The notes: generated by a model from the letters alone, not told the origin. DNA of 63,166 nt, filler included, from Octopus bimaculoides (GCF_001194135.2; 5 parts of 5 records of this genome joined end to end with filler, not necessarily neighbours in it), one strand, 5' to 3'. Positions 37,555 through 50,249 are shown, counted from the first letter of the whole stretch. Program-made: numbers and translations.

Positions 37555-37737
37555 CACGTAAAAGCACCCACTACACTCTCGGAGTGGTTGGCATTAGGAA
37601 GGGCATCCAGCTATAGAAACACTGCCAAATCAGATTGGAGCCTGGTGTAGCCATCTGGTTTCACCAGTTCTCAGTCAAATCGTCCAACCCATGCTAGCAT
37701 GGAAAGCGGACGTTAAACGATGATGATGATGATGATG
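37555..37737 (+). mobile_element. RTE-derived family D copy (young, CpGs intact)
   Basis: ctctcggagtggttggcattaggaagggcatccagc...aaatcgtccaacccatgctagcatggaaagcggacgttaaacgatgatg. Confidence 0.85.
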
Positions 37738-37778
37738 AGTTCATGAGCCTTGGTTCTTTTCCCTAAAACTATACATAT

Positions 37779-37811
<33 letters not shown>

Positions 37812-37872
37812 TCATTCATTTGTACTTGTATAATAATAATTATAAAATGTACATTAATATGTATGTAGATGA

Positions 37873-38390
<518 letters not shown>

Positions 38391-38443
38391 TAGCTTTTTC
38401 CTGTGTCATCTTATTTTGATATTTTGTGTTTCTTTCATTTCAG

Positions 38444-38653
38444 GGTGCCCTTTTTCAGTCACCTCACATTGACGAGAACGACGTTCAGACAATATCACAC
38501 AAATGTGAAGTCCTCTCCATCAATGATTTTCGATTACGCAAATACGATGCCAACAGAATGGAAGACTACGAAGATATTTACTTCCTGGCTGGGTCATATG
38601 ATCCAATGACCGGACGTGTCACTTATGAATCAGGAATACCAGAAATCATATGA
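38444..38653 (+). CDS. BAHCC1: Terminal coding exon of the BAHCC1/TNRC18-like gene (C-terminal half of BAH domain, stop TGA)
   Basis: Acceptor tctttcatttCAG at 38441-38443, in frame with the previous exon. Translates GALFQSPHIDENDVQTISHKCEVLSINDFRLRKYDANRMEDYEDIYFLAGSYDPMTGRVTYESGIPEII*. DENDVQTISHKC and YxLAGxYDP are hallmark motifs of this BAH family. Confidence 0.95.
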   Translation, partial: GALFQSPHIDENDVQTISHKCEVLSINDFRLRKYDANRMEDYEDIYFLAGSYDPMTGRVTYESGIPEII

Positions 38654-38711
38654 CCAAATACAGCATAACAGAGACACAGTCATAACCTTTTAAAAGTTGT
38701 CTGTTAATTCC

Positions 38712-38754
<43 letters not shown>

Positions 38755-39710
38755 CACACATATATACATACTCTCTCCACACTCATGTATGCATACATGT
38801 ATGTGTGTGTGTATATATATATGTGTGTGTGTGTGTGTATGTATATGTATATATATATATATATGACAATGGATTCTACAGACCAGTGAAAGATGCAAAA
38901 ACTATATTTACCAATTAAAATTTTCACATAAAAACTAATGACAACATCAAATAGAAAAAAAGATTTTATTATAATTATATGAGGACATTTGAAAGAAAAG
39001 TGATAATTAAAACTAAACGAATGAAAATAATTCACAGTTCAAAGACTAGTGCCATACTAACAGAAGAAGTCTGATGGTCTCTATGTTCGGAATTCTTCTG
39101 GAAACCTCATCGAAGGAATTTTTTACTGCTATGGCTATAACTGTTATTTCAACAATTATCGTAACTAATGATAATGAAACAACTGCTGAAGAAGTTGATG
39201 GTGAAGTATATGGACAGGCTAATATATACATACATACTTATATAGAGATGTGTGTGTATATATCTATATATAATGGATGATGATGATGATCAAATGGAAA
39301 TAGTTGGTTATAAAAAAACAACACTGCCTCTTTTAATCATTACTCATGGATTCATGAGAATGTGCAGAACAAATGAAATAATGTATGTGTGTGTGTGTGT
39401 CTGCCTATGTGTGTCTGTGCATATGCCCTGACCCCCCCCCCNNNNNNNNNNNNNNNNNNNNNNNNNNNNNNNNNNNNNNNNNNNNNNNNNNNNNNNNNNN
39501 NNNNNNNNNNTATTTTAATTTTGTCTTTCATCATGATTTTTGATGATGAGAGAAAACAAGACATTCTTACCTGGAATATTTTCAGAATATTCTAAAACAG
39601 CTGCGATCAAGATAGAAACAAATAAGAAAAAAATACTTGCTGAAATATTGGCTCGCTGCATGCGTTGTCTGCACCTGCCTTATTTCTCATTGTATATATG
39701 CATATAAATT

Positions 39711-39769
<59 letters not shown>

Positions 39770-39881
39770 CTACTTAAGTAAAGCTATGAGTGCGTGCATG
39801 TGTGAGAGAGACAAAGAGAACCTGTGTATGCTTTTTATTGTATCATATGTACATTTAACAGTATACGTATTTTATATACAC

Positions 39882-39916
<35 letters not shown>

Positions 39917-40738
39917 AATATATATATATATTACCTAGCAAACATGCATACATGCAGATTGTTAAGACATTTCATGCATAGCTGCATATATGTACAGACT
40001 AATCACACACACACACACACACACAAACTTATACATATATGGACATATACACATGTATGTATTTCTGCTGTTAGTTTGGGTTTAGCATGAAATCTGCCAT
40101 TGCTGCTGTTGTTTTTTTTTTTTTTTTTGGAGTTCAGTTGCTCATGCTAATCTCTAATGGACTAACATTAACAGAACATTTTTTTACAAGGAACGAGAGG
40201 AAAGGTGTGGGATATTATCTCCCTTGCCATTTCACTCTTTTTTTTTCTTTTTCTCTCAAATTTTTTTTGTGATGAAACTTGATGGACTTAAAACAATCCT
40301 TTAAAAAATGTTAAAGAAAATTTTAGGAAACAAACAAAAAAAAAAAGCTATTTTACTTCAAGGAGAGAGATCGAGGAACTTTATTATCAAGAAAACTGGA
40401 AAAGGAGGAAGAAAAAAACAAAGCAAATTTGCAAAAAAGAAAAAAACAGTAAAAGAACCAGACTTATTACTATTATTATCATTATTATTATTATGGACTG
40501 AAATTGACTTTTTTTTTTTCCATTTTTGTTTCATTCAATGAATATTATTTCTATCTTCCTTGCATTGGAACATGAAATAGATGACACATTGTTGCAGTTC
40601 TATGTTAAAATTAGATCCCTCCAAGAACTGGATATGGAATATGTGTGTATATATATGTATGTGTGTGTTTATATATATATATATATATGCCAACGGACGT
40701 GGGTGTTAATATATATGTATATATACGTGTAAGTGCAT

Positions 40739-40802
<64 letters not shown>

Positions 40803-41893
40803 TGATGTATGTTTGTATGGTATTGCTTTTAAAAGTTAACACTGAAGAAATGGAATCATTTCGTTATACTACACTCAGAAAAATTAAAATGTTAATAAAA
40901 GGGAACATTTTATTGAAAAATGAAGTGATATAGTTGTTTGTTTGGTTTTAAGAATTCAATACTACCCTACCGCAAAAAAAAAACCCCTCAATAGTAATGA
41001 TTATAATCATAAAGCACACACACACACACGTTTTATACAAATTGCATAAGATATAGCAAATGGGCATTATTTTAGACAGCTTGCTATTAATTAGGGTGTC
41101 ACAATAATAATAATAATAATAATAATAAAGCTAGCTGTAGAGTAGAGTGAAAACGCAAAGTGCCCGATCCACAATACAAAACGGTATTTAGTTTCGGTTG
41201 TGCATTCAGTCCCTGCCAGAATTAATTTTGCATTTTTGGTTTTTGGACCCCAGAATTCTTTGGGAGGGGGTTTTAAAAATAGGTACCTTTCAACGATTGA
41301 CAATGTGCCCTATAAGTCTGTATGAATATAGAGATGATGATAGTAACGGCGATGATGGTGTTGATAATAATAATGATGATAATAATATTAATAATGATGA
41401 AATTGTAAATAAATATAATATACATACATATATATATATATAAATAAGTCCCTCATTTCTGATAATCAAGTTTGTATACATAAAAAAGAAAAAAAGACAG
41501 TTTGGACTTCATAAATTTAGAACAAATGTTAAAAATTTGAAAATATTGTAAATTATGAATCTGTAATTTTTGAAAGTATGTTAGGAGAACGTGAGATTTG
41601 TTTTTATTTTATTTTAATTTTAATTTTTTTCTGTTGAAGAGTATATCCATTATGTTGGGGTTTGGGAAGGGCGGTAATGAAATCAATATGTAAAAGACTG
41701 CTATTATTGCTACTACTACTACTACTACTATTACTACTGGCAACGAGGATGATTATAGTGATGGTTATAATAATAAAAATAACAACAATGGTATAAACAT
41801 AAAATTAAAATGTGACCTAATTTCTTAATAAAAACAAATTGTTACTAACAAAAATTTATGTAAATGAAGAAAACTAATTGTTGTATATGCGTG

Positions 41894-41926
<33 letters not shown>

Positions 41927-41936
41927 NNNNNNNNNN

Positions 41937-42090
41937 TGTATGAACAAGCAAGTTTATTAGTTTGCTGCTCAGGAAAACTGAAAAAGTCTTTTACGTTTCG
42001 AGCATAAGCTCTTCAACAGAAAGGAATAAGAAAATAAGCAGAGAGAATTTTTTAAAAAATTGTTGAGTTCAGTGGTCCAACATGGCGAGT
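41937..42090 (-). mobile_element. Hammerhead-containing repeat module, copy 2 (~150 bp visible, cut by an N gap; best preserved core)
   Basis: Minus strand 42024-41986: ccttt-CTGTTGAA-GAGC ttat GCTC-GAAAC-GTA-aaagac, with a perfect helix II and a 4-bp helix I. Confidence 0.65.
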
Positions 42091-42244
42091 ATATATATAT
42101 ATAAAATGAATAACAAAGGAAGTTTTTAAAATGTGCTGTTTTCTAATAAAGATGTATAATGACTGACCATATTGATAGTGATGGCTATGATGATGATGGT
42201 GATTCTGTGTGTTTGGTATTTACTATGAAGGTAAAATTAAAATA

Positions 42245-42413
42245 GGCTGTGTGGTAAGAAGTTTATTCCCCGACCACATGGTGCTGGGTTCAGTCCTTAT
42301 GGTTGGCACCTTGGACAAGAATCTTCTACTGTAACTTCAGGTCGACCAAAGCCTTGTGAGTGGATTTAGTAGATGGAAACTGAAAGAAACCTGTTATATA
42401 TATATATACATAA

Positions 42414-42453
<40 letters not shown>

Positions 42454-42624
42454 GGGTGTATATATATGTGTTTGGGTTTATGTCCCTATAACTTAACAGT
42501 TCAGTGGGAGAGATTGATAGAATAAGTACCAGGATTTAAAAAATAAGGTGCTAGAGTTGATTTATTCGTCTTCAAATTTTTCAAGGCTGTGCCCCAGCAT
42601 GGCTGCTGCCTTAATGGCTGAAAC
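42245..42624 (+). mobile_element. SINE family B, near full length
   Basis: ggctgtgtggtaagaagttt...gggttcagtcc head, internal (TA)n, 3' gccccagcatggc. Confidence 0.75.
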
Positions 42625-42855
42625 GCCAACTCCAGTTTTTGACTGAGATTTATTTTATCCCCCCTGGGAGGTGAAAACCAAAGTCAACCTTGATGGACTC
42701 AAAATAATGAGCCAAGTAAACCAAAATGCTGCTCAGCATTTTGTCCAATATACCAGTGATCCCACCAACATTCTATTGATTTTTGTTAGCTTGCCTTCTA
42801 TTTTACCGTGACCTTTCCATCTCCTGAGAGTATTTCTCTGACCTAAGCTTTTATA

Positions 42856-43060
42856 CAGGGTGTCCACAAAGTCTGGGTACATGGAGTAAATAAAACCATG
42901 TCATAAACAAATATAAGAGATAATTTCTTAAAGCATGTGTTAATCATCATGTGGGTACATGGAGTAAATAAAATCATAATATAAACAATTAAATATTAGA
43001 AATAATAATTTCTTAAAGTATGTGTTAATCCCCATGTACCCAGACTTTGTGGACACCCTG
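42856..43060. mobile_element. Tc1/mariner-type MITE with perfect 29-bp TIRs and TA TSD
   Basis: TA-CAGGGTGTCCACAAAGTCTGGGTACATGG ... CCATGTACCCAGACTTTGTGGACACCCTG-TA. Confidence 0.92.
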
Positions 43061-43239
43061 TAGGTGTATCCATGGCTGTGTGGTAAGAAGTTTGCTTCCT
43101 AGCCACATGATTTTGGAAGCAAACATGTTTTGATGGTAATGGTAAGGATAGGCTGACAATGACAAGAGTGTGGTCGTGATGATACCATGTAAACAATCAC
43201 ACATGCAAAACAATATAATTGTAGAAATTCTACATAGGT

Positions 43240-43537
43240 GCAGGCGTGGCTGTGTGGTAAGTAGCTTATCAACCACATGGTTCCGGGTTCAGTCCCACTG
43301 CGTGGCACCTTGGGTAAATGTCTTCTACTTTAGCCTCGGGCCGACCAAAGCCCTGTGAGTCGATTTGTTAAACGGAGACTGAAAGAAACCCGTCGTATAT
43401 ATGTGTGTGTGTGTTTGTCCCCTGTAACTTAGCGGTTCGGCAAGAGACTGATAGAATAAGTACTAGGCTACAAAGAAGTCCTGGGATCAATTTGTTCGAC
43501 TAAAGGCGGTACTCCAGCATGGCGGCAGTCAAATGAC
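43240..43537 (+). mobile_element. SINE family B, full length, CpGs intact
   Basis: gcaggcgtggctgtgtggtaag...ccgggttcagtcccactgcgtggcacc...ggcggtactccagcatggcggcagtcaaatgac. Confidence 0.85.
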
Positions 43538-43760
43538 AAAAGAATCCTTGTTACTTAGCGGTTCAGCTAAAGAGTCCGTTGGAATAAGTATGAGGTTTAA
43601 AAAACNNNNNNNNNNNNNNNNNNNNNNNNNNNNNNNNNNNNNNNNNNNNNNNNNNNNNNNNNNNNNNNNNNNNNNNNNNNNNNNNNNNNNNNNNNNNNNN
43701 NNNNNNNNNNNNNNNNNNNNNNNNNNNNNNNNNNNNNNNNNNNNNNNNNNNNNNNNNNNN

Positions 43761-44130
43761 GATCGATCCCAGTACGCAACAGGTACTTTAATTTATCGAT
43801 TCCGAAAGGATGAAAGGCAAAGTCAACCTCAGCGAAATTTGAACTCAGAACGTAACGGCAGACGAAATGCCTCTAAGCATTTCGCCTGGCGTGCTAACGT
43901 TTCTTATTTCTTTATTGCTCACAAGAGGTTAAACATAGAGGAGACAAACAATGGCAGTCAAAGGGATTTAGTCGATTACATCGACTCCACTGCGTAACTG
44001 GTACTTAATTTATCGACCACGAATGGACGAAAAGCAAAGTCGACCTCGGCGAACTCAGAACGTAACAGCAGACGAAATACTGCTAAGCATTTCGCCCGGC
44101 GTGCTAACGTTTCTGCCAACTCGCTGCCCT
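43761..44130 (-). mobile_element. Two tandem SINE family C copies
   Basis: 43761-43900 and 43960-44130, each ending ctaagcatttcgcc(t/c)ggcgtgctaacgtttc. Confidence 0.8.
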
Positions 44131-44299
44131 AGCAGAAATAAATATTGAGGCCGATTCATTCGGCTAAAATTCTACGAGGATGTGCCCCAGCATGGCCACA
44201 GTCTAATGACTGAAACAAGTAAAAGAGGAAAGCTAGATGACCAAACTGATAGGGGTCAGAAATAATTGTTGCCACAATAACAGTTGGGTAGAAAATATT

Positions 44300-44840
44300 C
44301 AAGAAGTTGGTAATCTCGTGGGTTATGAAGGGTTTCTCTGTTAGAGCAAAGAGTAGATTGTATGATACTTATGAACGAACTGTGATGCTGCATGGTAGTG
44401 AGACGAGTCTTCAACATGGAGGTTTTGCAAAAGCTAGAGAGAAAATGAGTGTGTGCACTCTACTGGATGTGTAATGCTAATGTGCAGTCATGAAATATTA
44501 GTTGACAGAGAGACACTGACTAAATGAAGAATCGCATGTAGTGTTGAAGAGAAGAGTGGAATGGTAGAGGTATATGGTGGGTGGAGAGTTGGTGGTGACT
44601 TGTTAAATTGGATGGAATTTGTGGAAGAGGAAAACCTTGGAAAACATCCGACGAAGTAATGGAGACTGTTTGCCACTTAAAAACCACTGGTGACGGTGTC
44701 GCGTAAAAAAAAGCACTTAGCACACTGTGTCAAATGGTTGGTGTAGGAAAGGGTATACAGCTGTTGGAGCCATGAAATAGAACCCTGTGCGGCTACTGAC
44801 CTTGCCAGTTTGGAAAGCGGACGTTAAATGGATGACGATG
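44300..44840 (+). mobile_element. Degenerate RTE LINE 3' fragment ending in the family D tail
   Basis: LYWMCNAN, EKRVEW and GRGKPWKTSDEV resemble RTE MLRWMC, ERRLRW and GRGRPRKTWDEV; ends ggacgttaaatggatgacgatg. Confidence 0.55.
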
Positions 44841-45199
44841 GTAGTTACAGAATGTTGAATCTCATGAAGATAACAGACCTTGACGAGTGTCTCTTTGATG
44901 TCTCCTGCTCATTCGTACAAAGCATGGCGAAGTGGATATCAAATTGATAAAGGTGATGGAGATTGTGATGTATAATATTTATAATTAGGTCTCATGCCCA
45001 ATATATGTTAAGCCTACATTGATTGTTTTTCTCCCTTCGTTATTCCCGTCCTTCTCCTATCATTGTACCATGACCTCTCCAATTTTTAGTACTCTTCCAT
45101 GTCTCACACCACCCTCTCTCCACCACCATACCACCTGTCTTAACAAGCGATTCCTCTCTCTCTCTCTTTCCATTATATTTCTTTTGACACTCATATTTG

Positions 45200-45368
45200 G
45201 CACAAGGCCAGCAATTTGGCTAAGTCGATTACATTGGTACTTCTTTTACCGACTTCGAAAGGATGAAATGCAAAGTCGACCTCGACGGAATTTGAACTCG
45301 GAACGTCGCGACGGGCGAAACGCTGCTAAGCATTTTGCTCGGTTTGTTAACGATTCTGCCAGCTTGCT
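45200..45368 (-). mobile_element. SINE family C
   Basis: gcaaagtcgacctcgacggaatttgaactcggaacgtc...ctaagcattttgctcgg...acgattctgccagcttgc. Confidence 0.75.
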
Positions 45369-45470
45369 GCTTCACTATTAAACTCTGTTACTACTCTTTC
45401 TTTTACCATTACCCGTCTTTATTCTTATCCATTCCTCGCATTAATCTTTTATTACTCATTGATATAGATA

Positions 45471-45526
<56 letters not shown>

Positions 45527-47789
45527 GCTTGCATCCTCTTTCTCTCCTTCCCCAACCAATCTCTCTACCCTCAGCACTCCACTCATGGTGTTTTCTGTTG
45601 AGTCTCCATGTCAACAACCGACATATAACTGCATCCGTCCACTACACTCTGTAAAGTGACCGACAAACGAACAGTGGGAAAGCAAGCTAGTCCGATAGCG
45701 TGGACGCCGTAGCCGTCATTCGTTCCTAAGGTGTTGAGGTCATGTCCGGAGTTTCAGTGGGAATACAAATTCACATGTGGTCCCTGGTCACATGCATACA
45801 CACTTTGGGATAGTGTGATCCGTAGCATCTCATCCTGCCATCGATAGTCGACCGTCACAGAGGATTCACCCTCGAATATCGGGGCAGATGCAGCCTGGGT
45901 TTGAAGATGGTTCTAGAGACATGCTTTAACAAAAGCTAAGGGTTGTCTCACTTCCAGTGGTCTTCCAGCACGCCAGACACCAACCTGCAATCTCTGTGGG
46001 TGCTTGCTGTTATCTCAATATCTGGAGTAGCTGTACGGTTCTGTTAATATAGGGTGTCATTCTTACCACTTTACCATGATCCCTTAGCTTTAATACGCTG
46101 CACGGTTTTAACACCAGTACCCCAATACCCGGTCTCTTGCTACCTTTAGCAGAATTCACTTGAAGAGGTGTAATTTTACACGCCACTCGATTTAAATACC
46201 AGCACTCGGGCGCTGTGTACCTTTAACAAAGTTCACTGTAGAAGTGTGGATAATTCGCTGCCCGGTTTAAACATGAACATCCGGTTACTGGCTTTGTTTA
46301 GTAGCGTACATTTGTGGAGATGTGGCTACTGCACCACCTTGAGCTATTTTTAGCTATGTTCATGTGTGTGTATAGAGATAGGGATGCAGATAAACATGAT
46401 ATGGTTTGAAACATAATCATATAAATATATATAGAGAGATACATATAAGTTCATATATTCATACAGATAAACACACATATATATAGCGTATAAAACGTAG
46501 AACAAAGAAGAGAATACATAGTTTCTCAACTCGACAGCTGTTTCAAGAAGCCTGGAAATATGTAACCAACATAATGTTCATAATTACCAGATGGAATATG
46601 CAAAAAGTATGAGTATGCCACCAGTAAATAGTCACGTAGAGATATTACTTTAAGTCCTATCACAAACGATACTGAATGAAATGGCTGTCAGGTTCACACA
46701 TTAAATACATCAGGAGAGATGAGGCCTATAGCTACCGGAGTCAAGAAGACCCCCACTCTCCGCCCCCAAATTTTCTCATATAAAGACAATTAACTCGGCA
46801 CTGATTAAGCCTCAAGTTTTATGTTGCAAGATTTGTGTTAGAATCCTTGGAACTTGCTTGCAGCTCAACATTATGAAACAGGCAAGAACAGCAGAAGTCT
46901 GTGACTAATTGAAGATGTTCATTGAATGATGATAATGATATAACATACATATTGAGCACAAAGACATACATACATACATACATAATATATGAGTATATGC
47001 ATATATATGTACATGTATGTACATACCTTTATCTACATGTATATATAGATGCATATCTGGGTACATGACGTTGCAAAAAAACATGGACAAAATGATAAAC
47101 AAGGTACAGAAAACACACAGGCCACATAGAGAACATTTCCTTCATCAGCTGCCACCATTATAGCAGGCGTTTCGAAGAGTTAGGGCAGGACGCATCGTTA
47201 TATATATATATATATATATAATTTAATATCATCTAGGTAAAAACCTTACGTGCATTTCAGAGCACCTCCTGTGATCGGCTACCATATGACATCATACAGT
47301 AACAATACTCCTTTTACTGGATATACACTCGGACATACGTTAGTGTACGCAGAATTCATACAACAACAAAAATTATAATACATAAAGATGGAATAGACAA
47401 GCTTTAATTCAAATCCAAATCATATATAATAATATATGTGAGACACTTAGCAACTAACAGCTGTTGCTAATGCACAGAAACAATCGTGAGTTGGATTAAT
47501 GCCTGTTAATTCCATTTTATATATATATAGTCATCTGAAGATATACGTATAATATAAATTATATTTGTGTTTTGTAGCAGAAATGAATTGCATGCTTGTG
47601 CATAAGATTTCTGAGCTGAGAAAAATAATAACATTTTTAATTTTACAAATTCATTGGTAAGCACGCAATCTCACCAAGCAACATTAATTAAATTGCTATA
47701 ATGCATTAATTAAGCAGATAATTATTACACTTTAAATATAGTAAAACACTAAGATGTCACTGGGTATAATGTTTTAAATTTAATAAAAT

Positions 47790-48195
47790 TTCTTACCGTG
47801 CATCTTACTTAGCAAGTCGATTCTGCTTTGCTTTCGAAATTTCATAGAATTTTGAATGAGACTGACAACGTGGCAATTCTTAATTGGTTTGCAGGATTAA
47901 TATCCACAAGTCTAGCACGCAAGTGGTTCTTGACAAATTTTGACGTTAAAAGAAATGGTTCAGTTTGGTAATTGCTAAGAAAACAATGATGCAATTTTCA
48001 GTATGACATTCTTCAAAAGAGGCTGCATTTCCATTATCTTCATCGGATTTATAAAATTCCAAAATAGATAAAGTAATAATAAATTTGGATATTAAATGAA
48101 TTAAATTTAGTTCTGAGAAATTAGGAGATTCAAGCGGCAGTACATCAGCAAGAAGTTCGAGCACTTGGTTTCATAAATCTGGAAACTTCTCGAAG
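47790..48195 (-). mobile_element. Degenerate hAT transposase C-terminal fragment
   Basis: Minus-strand VKNHLRARLVDINPANQLRIAT resembles the hAT dimerisation motif (KxxxRxRLxxxxLxxxLRIA); upstream LEFYKS. Confidence 0.4.
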
Positions 48196-48199
48196 TAAT

Positions 48200-48452
48200 C
48201 TGAATGGTAGGGTCTGAAAACAAACAATCCCGATGATAATAGGTGTCTTAGGTATGGTGAAAAATCATACAGACCAATACATGACCAACGCCCCGGGAGT
48301 TACAAATATATATAACACATAATAGTAATACTAAGGACTACGTACATCATGCGTAGAGCATTTTCAATACAGTAAAAATTCCAATATGAACACAAACCGC
48401 AGTACATACTCAAAACCCACAAAACTGTACACGATAATGCAATGAAGACACG
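48200..48452 (+). mobile_element. Old Dong-like family A 3' fragment
   Basis: Colinear with ~30-290: taggtgtcttaggtat...ttacaaatatatataacac...ttcaatacagtaa...caaaccgcagtacatactcaa. Confidence 0.75.
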
Positions 48453-48519
48453 CAAAAAAAAATAAATAAATAAATAAATAAAAAAAAATAATAAGACTAC
48501 TGAATAATCATGATAGTGA

Positions 48520-48690
48520 TTCCAAATGCTGGTACAAGGCTAGCAATTTCGGGGTCGATTACCTCGACCTCGGTACTCAACTGGTACTTATTTTATCGAC
48601 CCCGAAAGAATGGAAAGCAAAGTCGACCTCGGCGGAATTTGAGCCCAGAATGTAAAGACAGAGTAAAGCATTTTGCCCGCTCACCGCCTT
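48520..48690 (-). mobile_element. SINE family C
   Basis: ctggtacttattttatcgaccccgaaag...gcaaagtcgacctcggcggaatttgagcccagaatg. Confidence 0.75.
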
Positions 48691-49072
48691 GATAATAATA
48701 ATTTCTTTTATTGGCCACAAGGGCCCAAAACATGAAGAAGGACAATAACAAAGGAGACAACACAGAACAGAGGTGGGGGTTTACGTCGATGATGGGGAGT
48801 TACTGCAACATTACAGGATACATAAATAGAAATTTGAAAAATGGATAATTAGTAAATAAATAGAATCTGTAATATCAGGGTTTTCCACTTAAGATAATCC
48901 GGGTTAAACCCCACATAAAAGATTAAAAGAGATTGGAATTGAAGTTTACAATGTCAACCTGCAAAAAGTGTATCATCCTATAATTTGCAAGAACCCTACG
49001 GAAGAATTTAGAAGACTTTAGACTTTAGACTTGTCACCGAATATCAAGATAAAATAACTGGCATGCAGTAGC

Positions 49073-49127
<55 letters not shown>

Positions 49128-49281
49128 GGAATAGCACCGGGCTGAATAACAACATGGATGTGCTACACCGGGCTCCCTATACAAAAACATATCTAATCCA
49201 ATAACATCGATGGAATTAGCCAAAAGAACCGGTGGAAGATTTGAAGGAAGCGGTCTTTTAACGAAGATAATTTTTTTAAGA

Positions 49282-49381
49282 NNNNNNNNNNNNNNNNNNN
49301 NNNNNNNNNNNNNNNNNNNNNNNNNTTAATTAATTAANNNNNNNNNNNNNNNNNNNNNNNNNNNNNNNNNNNNNNNNNNNN
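49282..49381. other. Artificial scaffold linker
   Basis: 44N-TTAATTAATTAA(49326-49337)-44N. Confidence 0.95.
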
Positions 49382-49448
<67 letters not shown>

Positions 49449-49449
<1 letters not shown>

Positions 49450-49998
49450 AGTGAGAGAGCAGTGCATGCCATCAAAGTGACACTGGGATACAAATATATG
49501 AAGCCCAGTATACCCATCATGTCTACCCGTCTGATAAGGGTACACCAGGCACATACATAACAACCATATGTGTGCGACATGGTGATTCCATATCAAGATA
49601 AACAGCACATGACCTTGCAGGTGGGGCCCAGTTTGAATTTTCTTCAGGTTGAGTAACCCATCCCACTCAAAAGGTCCTCAAATAAGGTTTGTTTAAGGAT
49701 AATGAATGAAATACCCGTGTTTCCAAAGGTGAATTATTCAAACCCCAAAGAATTCCTCTCAACACAGGGCTATGATACTCCTCCACTACTTCTGCTCATG
49801 ATCAGAGATGCACATATCGTCAGCCACCAAGGGACATGCTCAACTGGTTAAGGTCAAACAACTGACAAGCAAATCTATGGTATTAAGCAGAATATTTGCT
49901 GTAGCCCATCTTTTATACCAAGACCAAACAATGTACATGATGAAACTTCCAATCAGTTAAGATCAGAAGCTATGAGAGCCACTGCCTGGTACTGCATC
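49449..49998. mobile_element. ~550-bp non-coding interspersed element, copy 2
   Basis: Colinear with 12345-12893; flanked by (TAG)n and (ATT)n. Confidence 0.85.
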
Positions 49999-50076
<78 letters not shown>

Positions 50077-50077
<1 letters not shown>

Positions 50078-50194
50078 TTATGTTTGACTTTTGCTTTGCT
50101 TTTGTACAAGTTGGATCCAAGTCTCACCCAGAGACCTCAAGAGACAACAAGTTAGAAGTTCATGTAGGTGTTATGCCTAGGGTACCATATATTT
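50077..50194 (-). mobile_element. 5'-truncated Dong-like family B 3'UTR flanked by (ATT)n on both sides
   Basis: Near-identical to 12916-13032. Confidence 0.85.
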
Positions 50195-50200
50195 CATATA

Positions 50201-50249
<49 letters not shown>

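Noticed and set aside
38654-41900. 3'UTR end and polyadenylation site of the BAH gene
   Set aside because: Several AATAAA hexamers occur in very AT-rich sequence; none can be singled out without transcript data.
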